Shown here one piece after another: positions 32,103 through 44,900 of a DNA stretch of 64,000 nucleotides (positions within the stretch are counted from its first letter, which is position 1; each line of letters starts with the position of its first letter). The DNA comes from Saccostrea echinata. Its lineage: Eukaryota. Location: assembly GCF_033153115.1 (NCBI RefSeq), contig NW_026889783.1, forward strand, positions 1,550,001 to 1,614,000. The letters run 5' to 3'. The notes under the pieces are model-generated. The model had not been told where the DNA came from. It did no database searches and was given only the letters and a program-made list of their open reading frames with translations. Both the position numbers and the translations under genes were made by a program.

Positions 32103-32747
32103 TGGTCCCTATAGGGCCATTTGCAAAAGTGTAAAAGCGCTTTTATTAACGTGCTAGCGTGAGGTGCCAACCTGTTAACGTGTTTGTTCTCAATGTTGTT
32201 CTTACTAATGCATTGTTGCACTTTTGCAAGTGATAATGCACTAGCGTAAAGTAACAGTGCGCCGGTGCCTTGTTTACAACAAGCCATCGTGCTAACACAC
32301 AACACACCGTCATGCTAATCCAAGATTACACAACACGCCTTCGCGCTAACACACAATACTCCGTCACGCTAATACAACTTTACACAACATGCTGTTGCGC
32401 TAACACACAACATGCCTTCATGCTAACAAACTTCACACAATACACCATCGCACGAACACAAAATATGCCGTCATGCTAACACAACTTTACACAATGAATT
32501 GTGTGTTAGTGTAACCGCAGAATGTGTAAAATTGCGTTAGCGTGGCAGTGTCTTGTGTGCTAGTGTGATGGCGTATTGTGTGTTAGCGAGATGGCATGTC
32601 GTGTAAAGTTGTTTTAGTGTGATGGCATTTTGTTTGTTAGTGCGACAGTGTGTTATGAAAAATGTGCTAGCGCATCATCACTTTGTGCTAGCACATTTAT
32701 TCCTAACACAATGTCACACTTTTGCAAATGGCCCTATCAGGACACCA
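32103..32747. mobile_element. Palindromic MITE with internal GCTAACACACAA repeats
   Basis: TIRs ATAGGGCCATTTGCAAAAGTGT / ACACTTTTGCAAATGGCCCTAT. The internal repeats flip orientation at ~32500. Confidence 0.75.
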
Positions 32748-32940
32748 CATCTAACCCCCTTACTCTGACACTACCCTAACTCCGTCACTTTACAGAAACT
32801 CCACATTGTTCATAAACAAATGTGAATGTGATGTCATTTTTTACTATCTGAATATCTACAATCAGATATTATAAATGAAAAGTTATAACAGTCAAATTCT
32901 ATAATGCACCAAATTGCAGAACAATTACATGTAATATATT

Positions 32941-33510
32941 CAGGTCTCGACATTAACGCTTGTCTGCTTGTCCGGTACCAGTGAAAAAGAATTACGGACA
33001 AGTGAATATTGCTGGGCACTTGTCCGATTGGACAAGTGCATTTTAATGTAAAGGAGTCTCTAAATAATCAAAAGAACGACTGTTGTGTTGAAAGTTAATC
33101 GGTAGTTTCAAGATTGAATCTGTACATAAAAACCAAACTTCGATCCTGATAGAGATCGCTATTAATCGAGTTCACATTTGATCGGGATTGAAGTCCACTT
33201 ATTGCATACTACTGAAAAGGCATGGAAGTTTGGATTTGGTTTGATTATGACATGTTCACGTGTGAACATTTATGTTGTTATCAGTAGAGAAAGCCTAGAT
33301 AAAATTTCGTTTTATGTGTTTGTTGTTTATTAATAACATCACGAATCAATCAAGCACATGTCATGTGTAATGGACTTCAAGTTTTCAAGTTGACAGTATT
33401 ATATCTTTATTGAAAAAATTTCGGACAAGTGAAGTTGAAGTTCGGACAAGTAAATGTCTTGGTCACTTGTCCGAATGGACAAGTAGGAAAAAAGTTAATG
33501 TAGAGCCTTG
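32941..33510. mobile_element. hAT-like MITE with a 5-bp TSD
   Basis: TIRs CAGGTCTCGACATTAAC / GTTAATGTAGAGCCTTG, ATATT on both flanks, and subterminal GGACAAGT repeats. Confidence 0.7.
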
Positions 33511-34135
33511 ATATTATGTAAAATAGTAAACATCTTTTCTTTTATGCACTATTACATTGATATCTCTGACATATACATCAACATGCTCATTTTCACTTTT
33601 CAACCTTGCATGCCATGTTGAATATGGCTAAATATATCTTATTTTTTGTCTACATTTCCCCTGTCCATTTGCCCTAAAGTTACTTGTTGGATATAATGTT
33701 AGCATGACATTATTACACATAAAATATATCAATGTTATTTTTTCTGCTGTTGATACTTTTCTTAAAATAAATTTTAATAGTATTTCAAATCTTAAAAACT
33801 ATTTTTTATGTTAAGTACAAGTTTAAGAAAAAGGGCAAAAATTAACTGGAAGTAAAATTGTATTTAATATGTTGACATATTGTAGAGGGCACTGGTGATG
33901 GAGTTAGGGTTCATTGGACATAATTTACAACGTTATACGTGATACACGTTCTATTTAGGGTGTTATAAAAGCCCAGTAACTGCACTTTTTGTGTCACCTG
34001 CAGAGCAGCTGGACACTTAGGGATCACTTTATCTGACGTCTGTGTGTCCATCTGTCACACCTTATATCTCAAGAACTGTAAGAGGTATGAATTTGATATT
34101 TTGCACATGTATTGGTTGGCACTATATATACATGG

Positions 34136-35386
34136 CAGACCTGGGGTCAATTACTTTGAAATGTAATGAATTAAATTACAATTACTTTGGAATTTTTACC
34201 ATTACAATTACCATTACCATTACTCTCATTCAGAAAAGTAATTAATTAAATTACAGTTACTTTGTTAAAGTAATGAATTACATTACACATTACATTTTAT
34301 AAGAGAAAAACACAAATTTTATGACCACACAATTTATATCCATAAATTAACTTTCTCACACTTTGTGCTCGGTGAATATGCTTTCCCTCGGGTCTATAAG
34401 TCAGAGTGGTATTTAGATTTTGGATTCATTTATCATGTTCATGTAGTTTACCTATCTACAGTTGACAAAGAAAGTGCATCAGAACACTTTTAATGTTGTA
34501 GTTTCGTTCAGTCTCTATGAATGTTAGTTCCTCTTTTTTTTTTTAAATAAATGATAAACATTTCATACTTTATGTTTTATGTAAAGTGATATTTAATCAA
34601 CAGATAATTTTATAATTGTAAAAGAAGTATGTATTAATGATTTAATTAATTGGCACTCATAATTAGCTGAGCATGCATAATGAATGAAGATATAACAAAA
34701 TCAAAGGTGATAATTACTGGTACCTAGATATAGGGTTTAAAGTTAGAGGTGACTAAAGCTACCAAAAAATTAGTGATGAACAATATCAATATTTACATTT
34801 GGCCTTAGTTTCCTTTTGTGTCTTCAAGTACGGTAGATCTTACTGATCTTGTGCTTTCCAAGTCCATTTTACCAGAATGAACTATGTGAAAAGGATAAAA
34901 AATCAAGTTGAAAAATATAGTCTGTATCTTAATTGATAGTCACAGTAAAGTACATGTATTAATGTCACTTGTTTTGTGGCTATCTTTGAAACCTACTGAT
35001 AAATGATTTCTTTTAATATTTTTTTCTGGCTCGATCTCTTCAATTGATTTTATAACTGTCTTGTCAAGAAGTTTTCTACTAAAACAGTTATTAAGTATAT
35101 TCTCTATCAATCACCATTGAATAAACAATTAAAAAAGTGGTAAGATATAGGATTTTAATTTTAAGACTTGCTTTGTTTAAGATTCAGTAATAAAAAGATA
35201 TTAAAATACAAAATGTAATTGAAATGTGATAGAAAAGTAATAGTCATTACTGACATATTTTTAAAAGTAATACATTACATTACAATTACTTGTAATTGAA
35301 AGATGGATCCATTACACCCAATTACTTTGAAAAAATGTAATGTTAACAATGCATTACCATTACACATTACCATTACCCCAGGTCTG
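34136..35386. mobile_element. Non-autonomous hAT element, 1.25 kb
   Basis: TIRs CAGACCTGGGGT / ACCCCAGGTCTG and a perfect 8-bp TSD ATACATGG (34128-34135, 35387-35394). ATTAC/GTAAT subterminal repeats. Confidence 0.88.
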
Positions 35387-36431
35387 ATACATGGCTTAAT
35401 TGTAAAATACCATGAATATCGACCTTGTGACCCTTGAACATGACCTTTGACTACTTTTCAAAATAGTTCATAGTGCCGATATTCAGCTTATTTTTCACAT
35501 TTAAGAGGTAAGTCAATGCTATTTAGCATGTGCATTGTTTGTCAAAAAACAGTATGAAAAATACCAGACTTACGGTCCACATGACATACTTTGCAAAAAA
35601 AAAAATACTCCAGATGATTTAATCATGCTAACTTATGTCTTTTGAAGATTGAGAAGCGGGGTTTTGATAATTAGCATTTATAAAAATCACATGTTAATAA
35701 GCTCATGACACTGTATTTTGAAACTGCATGATACACAGCTACCACACAAGCTGAAATTAAATACATTGAAAATACATCAGGATTAGTATTCCAAAATGGA
35801 CTATTGTAGATTTGCATGAAAGACAGACCAAAGTCTCTTTTGGAGGATTTTCAGAATTAATAAAATGATAAATAATTATTTCAGTTTATTTCAATTTCAT
35901 TATTAATTTTAGCTTTGAGGGTTGGGGAACTATATTTGTATTCGATTGTCAGATCGCAGTCTTACTATCTGTGGATGCATTTTTTTCTTTGCAGGCTAAT
36001 GAATAAACTATAACGCTAGTAGTAAGTAAATAGCTGATCACTCTTAGATATATTTACATCTTTAGTGATGCCATAAAGCAGGCAATACACTGTTCGGAAC
36101 TCTAGTTTATAAATAGTCCTAAAGACAAATTTTATGTTCAATGCTAATAGTAGCAGACAAGAAAAAAAAAATCGTAGACTATCATGGCATGTTTTCTGCT
36201 TATGGTGACAGAGCTTGGGTGCTTGTGGATATAGCTCAATCAAGAGATTAGGTTGGATCTGATATTAGCTCATGCTGTTTCTTGTCAAGTAAACATTAAT
36301 GTCATGAATAGAGAGAAGGAGCATGTCATTGTGTTATCATAATTTTTTCAATACAAAGCACTTACATCATGTACATGAAATACTGGCCATGTTAGTGAGT
36401 CATAATTTTATTTTTTTCACTAGAATCTATA

Positions 36432-36618
36432 TACTGTAGATTCCTTATTTTTCACGAGTACTTATTATCGCAAAATGGCTCTTTCACGTCAAATCGCGAA
36501 AACAATAATTCGCAAGTGGACAGTTGATCTAGGGATTTTACATTGATTTCAGCAGCATAAAAATAAAAGTGAGTAATTTTCTTTCGCGAGTGGTGCCTAT
36601 ATTTAGGAATCTACAGTA
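36432..36618. mobile_element. Small mariner-type MITE (similar element at ~52919-53145)
   Basis: TACTGTAGATTCCT ... AGGAATCTACAGTA inverted termini with TA flanks. Confidence 0.6.
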
Positions 36619-38982
36619 TTTCATTGAAAAATACCTTTTTTCCAAAAAATTATTTCAACTGTATTTGTGGCTCATTTTTTATAACTGTAGCATCATAAAA
36701 TGCCAGAATTTCTTGTGAAACTTGGAAAATGAAAATGAAACTTCAGGTCATTTGAAAAGTCATTGTGAACTCATTTTGAAATCATATTGCTCTGCATTGT
36801 CAGATTGTGTCAAGATCATGTCAGTATTTTCATGTGCCTAAGTGAAAGTATGCAACCCAAAAGTAGATCAGGCCAGTTTAGCTTGCCCGTGAGACATCAC
36901 TGTCTGATTGACCTTCTGTCAACCAAATATTTTCTTCTTTTTTTTTCTTATAACTTCATCTTCTGTTGTATAATAAAGATCAGTGTGAAAAGGAAGAAGT
37001 CTTAGAATAAAAGAAAAAAAATGGTCCAAACGAAATGACTTCATCGGTGCCTTTGTTTATTAACCACTGTCAGATTCTTTTACATATGTATGCATAGTAA
37101 ATTATTTCCAAATCCTATTACTCATACTATGAAGTCTCAGATCACCAAACCATGTCAGTTGATGTAGCTTTTGGCATAATGCACCTCAAGTAATTTATGA
37201 GGACCTGTTTACATAATTTGCATTTAATGTACCCTTGTGGTTCACCGAAGAAGATACATGTAGTGTATATGTAAAACTCGTTGATCGGGAAGAACTGGGG
37301 ACCTATGAATTTATTTTGTTATATCCATAATTTGTTATATCCAAATAACAAATTTGTGAAAGTGAATTCACAATATACATGTTTTCCTTCATGTATGCAT
37401 GACTACCATAAAATACAAAACTTTGCTTGGAGTACTAAATCTTTCTGATAAATTGAATTTCAAATATAAATACATTTGAAAAATATTGTTGGTTCAATAT
37501 TTGAAGTTTTGAGATCTTAACAAATATAAATTTCATTATTTTTAACCTCTACAGGGCACAAAAACATGCAGTTTGCTCCTAACCGTAAATTTTACTATCA
37601 AAATTTATTATACCCATAGAATTTGACAAGGAATTGTTAAGAATTTTGCTGGTGATCCTAAAAAACTTTGCTTCATCCAAAAATATATCAAAACTCCCTA
37701 TATTCATGTTGATTCTAAACTAGTTTTACTGTAAAGACTGTGTAATTCAAGGGGAATAACTCTTAAACCTTTATGCAGACACCACAGAGTCTGTATTCTA
37801 GCTTAATACTTGTCCATTCATGCATTAATATACCACGCTTACATTTAAATATATTGAGCATAGAAGATAATTTGTTGTATACTTAGGAATTTTATTATAT
37901 AGGTACAAAAATTAAGCAGCTTTGTCAGTATAAGTGCACTGTGGTATATTGATTCAATGAATATTTTATTTTGCTGCAGGAATTCTGGATCTTAGAAAAT
38001 ATAAGCAATTTTCATACATGTAGCTAGAAAATTCTACAGCATTGTCTATAAAAGTACACAATGAAATCTTGGTTGCATTAATATTTTATATGGCTATAGA
38101 AATTCTGGATCTCTGAAAATATAAGCTATAGTCAGCAATATTAAATATAACAACTGTGTCTGTGTTGATTCAGAATTGTTTGTTTAGATATATTTGTTTT
38201 AGTATTATCAATTTTTGGCAAATGCAGATTTTTATTAAATTGTAATTGTACTTCTTCAATGGCATGGTCTTATCGTTGTGTAATTTGTTATACAATGTCA
38301 ATAGAGGAGCTGCACTTAAGTCTGTTGATTATGGCCTTGTGTAGAGCTGTGTACTCTGTTATATTACAGATAGGGGTAGCCGGGGACCGTTTAATTGATC
38401 AGAAAACAGGACCACTGGAACTAAAGTCTACCTATTTACAATAATCTGGCAATTTGTCAAGTGAAAACGTATTGTCTGACTGTAAGTATTTAATTTTTGT
38501 GTTGTTTTGACTTTCTTACAAGGCATTAGATTTCACCAGTTTAGAGAATTAAAAAAAATGCTTTGATAAAATATTTAGGTAAGCTATTGATCTGCTCCTA
38601 AAATTTTTATGCTGACAAATTTTATTGATCTTTTGTCATTTCAAGGTTACAAAAATTTGAGCTAACTCATTCAGTGCAGATCTCACTCTTTCTGATTTGA
38701 CCTGCACTTGTTTTGACTTGATTCCTGCATCCTAAATTTCTCGGTTTACCTAAATAGTTTCTTGTTTTTATTGTAATAGATGTTGATTGTTGACTGAACA
38801 AGTTAAAAATAAAGCTTTTAAAACTACTGGGCCATTTACACCAGATTGTTATGAATTAAAATGTTTTAAATTAATACCATTATTAGGCCATACAGACATT
38901 TAAAGCACAAACCAGCAGATAAACATTGAAGAGCTCGAGGATTTGAGTGAGTTAATGCTCTGAACTACCATAAGGATCTGCC

Positions 38983-41900
38983 ATGCCTTTGATGGTTGAA
39001 GGCAAACATATGGGGGTACCTCCCAAATCCATTGATGAATTCCTGGAACGCTACCCCCATTATAAGGTTAGTGACTAATGCTGGATATGTTTGTTTCAAC
39101 TGAATGTTTTAAGAAGGGTGCATCTTTAAGCATTAAAGGAAAAAGTTGCATGCAGATTTAATAACATAATTTAATTTAATAACTTTCCGTAAAGTATAGT
39201 GGAAATTTGTTTACATACCTGTGCAATTTATTGCATGTGAAGTCCTAAAAGCAGTTTGTCAACAGGGATCCAGCATGTAATACATGTATATTTTGGGGGG
39301 AATTTTATCAAACAAAAAAATTGTTATATTTCATAGTTATTATATAATATAATGAACATGTTCTTTTACCTCTTGTTATTTTGGAACTTTCTTTTAATAT
39401 CACATTATATCACCTTGACAATATGCTTATTTTTCATTGAATCAGGAAATGGTACATTCTTTTAATAGTGTGCAGTATTGTGGGGGTGTAAATATTTAAG
39501 AAAAACAGAGTTTCATATCTTATACAGCATTAAATTATATAATTTCACACCTCAATATTTCTTAGTGCACTACACTCCTGAAAAATTTTCATTCAAATTA
39601 ATCTATTCATGGTACAATTTTCTCCTAGAAATTATAATGCAGTTATGTGCATTAAAAGGGATTCTGAACAATCGCATATGTGGTTTACCATAGGATTACA
39701 TATAAAAGCATTAATCAGTTTTGTATATTGCATCAATGTTATTTACAAAGTTAAGACCTTATTTAACAACATTATCATTGCATTTTAAATCTGACCGGGT
39801 TACAATGATTAAGGGTGATATTGGGACATTTTAGTCTTTTCCCATGAATTGGGGAGGACTTTTTATCTTTGTTGGCTATACACACCTCAATTGGGCAAGT
39901 TCTGATAAATTTCATTCTATGTTGACCCTGAAATAATCCTTTTAACTTCTTTAGTGGTTTAGTTGTAAGGGAGGTGCCATTATTCTGATCTCAATCTACA
40001 GCTTTTCATGCTCATGCTTGGGGTAATTGTGACGCTGATCCCTATGGATTGCTTTGATTGAAGCTGCGATTCACAACAATAGTATTCACAGCGAGAAGTT
40101 GTGAAGTTCTACAGCATTTAAGTTTTTATCAATAAATGTGAATGTCAAATGATTTTGTAGATCTGTCAACACTTACATAAAAACACACATTCAAAATAAA
40201 CATTTTAAAGATTAAATGTTTTTGGATTTTGATTCTTCACAAAGAATTCTAAGAATATTTCCCACCAAATGACTTCTGTTAAGCCATTTATAATATGAAT
40301 TAATACAACTGTGTCTGGGCGAATTAAAATGGAGCAAAATCATTTGCAAATTGACAAGGTAAAAATAACCCTGTATACAGTACAACATATTTATCTGTGG
40401 AATTCTTTCAAAGTAAAACTCCTCCTACAATTTTTGTCACAAGGCAACTACTTTCACTTGAAAACTTAAGTTTTCTTTAAAGAGAGGCAGTGATTACTAA
40501 ATATTAGAATTATATCTAAAAATTCATTCAAAATGCTATTCTTCCTACGATATTAATAAGTAAAGCTCGGTTAACATGTAGACTGCATTAAGATTTATAA
40601 TTCTGCCTATTGATTTTTGATTTTGCTAATTGTCATTTCCTGGATACAAAGCACAAAATAATCTTACAGAAATGTCAATATGCTGCTCCTCTAACAGTTT
40701 TCAATTCACCCCAGCCAAAGGTTGACGTGAGCTGTCTGGCATTCGCCTGTATGTTGTGTGTCAAGTACTGTATTAGCCATGTGTCTGTTGTCTTAAGTAT
40801 GTCATATTTGTAAACTTTTCACATTTTCAACTTTTTCTCCAGAACCGTTTGGCAAATTTCAACCAAAGTTGAAGGGAAATAATTGAGAAGTAACAAAAAT
40901 GTGGTGTCAATTAAAAATTTATCTTCTCAAGAATGATGGCCCTAGAAATGATAAAGCTTATGTGAATGCTTCCTTATAATGATTATAGTCAAGTGTATCA
41001 ATATTTTTTTCTCAAATCATGTTCATCTTTTAAATAGCAGCATGTCCACACTTAGTCATATTGATATGCAAGCATTCTCCTTTATTCAATTCATTTTATT
41101 GTAGATTCAAGTTTCTTTCAAAGCATGCTCAGGGACTATATTGGGGCCACAATTGGGGGACAATATATGTTCACACTCAGAAGATTAAGGCCCACAATAT
41201 GTTATGTTGACTTTAAGCCTTAACATAATATACAATTGCAAAAAGAAGTTTCAGTTATTTACCGTAGATATTAATCTGTGAATGAGAATGATGACACAGG
41301 TGAGTGTTGTAGGCCATGGGTCTCTTATTGCATGATTTCAACAAAACTTTGAGCGGTTTGACTTTCTTCAAGAGACCCAATTCTGTTAAATCATTTTTAA
41401 TTTCAATCAATGGTTTTTCAATGGTAACTTAAAGTAGAATAATTGCTTTTTGTACTCCTCCAGTTTTCACTCTAACTCTGAACAGAAAAGACAAACTTAC
41501 TCAAAGGTATTAATGTCGATTTCACTTTGTTCAATTGATGTATAGTAGTCCAGATTTGAGTATCATAGGAAGGAAACCTTCCAAAAATTTTCCCCTCAAA
41601 AATAGCCACGTTTTTCTGAGGTTGTGTGAATAATTTTTTTTTCTCAAATTATTCACCCCTCCCCCTTTCGGGGCCATTAGTTAATCAGATTTAACATAAT
41701 GAACTTGAGGGAAACTCATGGACAAGAGTGCTTAAACTTTCCTTGTCATAGAGCTGTTCTTATTTTTACAGGAAACTTCTAAGAATCTCCTGGAACAAAA
41801 ATGTCGATCCATTGTTCCAATAGGACTTCTGTACGTGGGACAGAGAGAGATGGCTGCCACCACACCAGATGATGGTAAGCATCCAAAGGCATTTTCATTT

Positions 41901-44900
41901 AGCGATTCCTTAAGTCTTTAACAAGTTTACAAATCAAAGGAGAGAATTTGATCCATGAACAGCAGTTTTAAAATTTATGACTCTTCTGTTGTAAAATTTG
42001 TATCCATGGAACTCAAGTTTCACCAGGTTACATGCATACGTACAATACACATACAGTATAAAACTAGATAGTGATATCTTGACTAGCAGTACAATGTATA
42101 TGGTTATTACTTTACAACATGTTCCTGTGTAGATCTCATAAAAGATTTGTGTAATACCACATTGGATACAGCTTTTTAAAAGATAAAACAACAGATTTCA
42201 TATACCATAAATAACAAAGTGGTTATTCATTATCATTTATAAGTAACTGAAATGAGAGTGTAGCATCATTTATGATGAATAACTTAAAAGAGCTTTCATT
42301 TATTTGCCTTTTGCATATGACAGGATGATTTTCTTTGAATTGCTGTTATAAGGTGTGTGTTTTATGTTTGAAAATTTTTATAGAAATGATACAGATGATG
42401 GGAACAGAGGATGCCACAACTTGTCACATCGCTATTCTCCGGCATACAGGTACCAGTAAAACATATACAATATAACTTGTCACATCGCTATTCTCGGGCA
42501 TACAGGTACCAATAAAACATATACAATATAACTTGTAACATCGCTATTCTCCGACATACAGGTACCAATAAAACATATACAATATAACTTGTAACATCGC
42601 TATTCTCCGACATACAGGTACTAGCTTTCTCAATATTTCTCTTATATAAAACATATAAGATATAACTTGTCACATCGCTGTTCTCAGAAATACAAGTATG
42701 AATAAAACATATAAGAATGAAAAATAATGGGGAGGGGTGTGTTTACAGGGGCAGGGGCACTTTAATAGGAAGAATATGGTATTCTCTCCTTACATATTCT
42801 TATTGCCAGTCTTCTTTGCTAGCCAAGGGTGGGGAGTTGATAGTCACCCTTGGCTAGCAAAGATGCCATGCCTGTCTGTTATGATGTATTTCATCACAGG
42901 GTCAGGAGCTGTGTGTTTGTGTCACTTTGACTCCTGTGGAATTGAGACTGGATGTAAGAAGATGCTGGGACTAGTGAAAGAATTATCAAAAGATAAGTTA
43001 CCAGGCAGGTAAGTGCTAATCAGTCTCAGACAGAAGCATTAATTGTCAAATTTTGCTTAATATAAGTTCCATCTAGTGGCTGTTCAAGAAACCAAGAGAG
43101 ATAACTCCTATAGAATGTAGATGGAGATTTACTATTTTTCCCAGATTATACATATTTGATACAAATTGGCTTAGGTCGAACTGTGTGAAAGGAAATTTCT
43201 TTAAAATGAATTATTTTCTTGTCTTGTATTTACCGGTACGTAATTTTTATTTGAATATTATACAAATCATGACACTTTTACATTTCTGATGCTTCAATTT
43301 TACATATACACTGTACATGTCTATGAATATGTTGATAGCACACACACATGCAGATACTATATATACATGTAATGCAACAATGATTTATATATGTACCTCT
43401 ACAAGACAGTAAAGGAGCCTCTGATTTAAGGCAATTCAGTAACAATAAAGGCAATATATATTTTTATGCCCCTGGATCGAAAGATCCTGTGGGTATATTG
43501 TTTTTGTCCTGTCTGTCTGTTTGTCTGTTTATCTGTTTGTCTGTTTATCTGTTTGTCTGTTTATCTGTTGTCAACTTTAACCTTGCCCATAACTTTTGAT
43601 TGGTTGGAGCTATGACTTTCATATTTCACATATGAATTCCTTGTTGACAAGACCTTTCTTTGGGTACCACCATATTTGACCTTTTGACCTTGACCTTGGA
43701 GTTTGACCCACTTTTGCAAAATTTTATGAGACTTTAACCTTGGCCATAACTTCTGAACAGTTGGTGCTTGGGGTTTCAAACTTCACATGTGTATTCTTTG
43801 TGACAAGGCCTTCCTTTGGATACCAACAACTTTGACCTTTTCACCTTGACCTTGGAGTTTGACCTACTTTTGAAAAACTTTAACCTTGGCCATAACTTTT
43901 GAACAGTTGGTGCTTGGGGTTTCAAACTTCACATGTGTATTCCTTGTGACAAGACCTTCCTCTGGATATCAACCTCTTTGACCCTTTGACCTTGACCTAG
44001 GAGTTTGACCTACTTTTGAAAAACTTTAACCTTGGCCATAACTTTTAAACGGTTGGAGCTAGGGCTTTCCTACTTCACATATGTAATCCTTGTGACATCA
44101 CCTTCCTTTGGATACCAACCACTTTGACCCTTTGACCTTGACATAGGAGTTTGACCTACTTTCGAAAAACTTTAACCTTGGCCATAACTTTTGAATGGTT
44201 GGTGCTAGGACTTTCATACTTTACATATGTAACCCCTGTGACATCACCTTCCTTTGGATACCAACCACTTTGACCCTTTGACCTTGAACTAGGAGTTTGA
44301 CCTACTTTCGAAAAACTTTAACCTTGGCCATAATTTTTGAATGGTTGGTGCTAGGGCTTTCATACTTCACATATGTAATCTTTGTGAAAAGACCTTCCTT
44401 AGGATACCAACCACTTTGACCCTTTGACCTTGACATAGGAGTTTGACCTACTTTCGAAAAACTTTAACCTTGGCCATAACTTTTGAATGTTTGGTTCTAG
44501 GGCTTTCATACTTTACGTATGTAATCCTTGTGACAAGACCTTCCTTTGGATACCAACAACTTTGACCTTGACCTTGATGTTTTACTTACTTTTAAAAAAC
44601 TTTAACCTTCGCCATAACTTTTGAATAGTTGCAGCTAGGGCTTTCAAATTAAACATTTTTTATCTTTTGGCCTGGATTTTGACTTGCATTTGAGAAACTT
44701 TAACCTTCACCATAAGCTGTCATACGGGGGCATCAGTGTTTCACAAACACATCTTGTTGATTTTAGTAAGGCATTCATTTCAGTCATTATTAAAATATGA
44801 TTGCTGAGGATCAATCAGTTAGAACTGTAAACTTAGCATAGTTTGAACATGTATAAAAAAAAAAGACCACTAAGAATCAACCAATCAAAACTCTTGAGTC

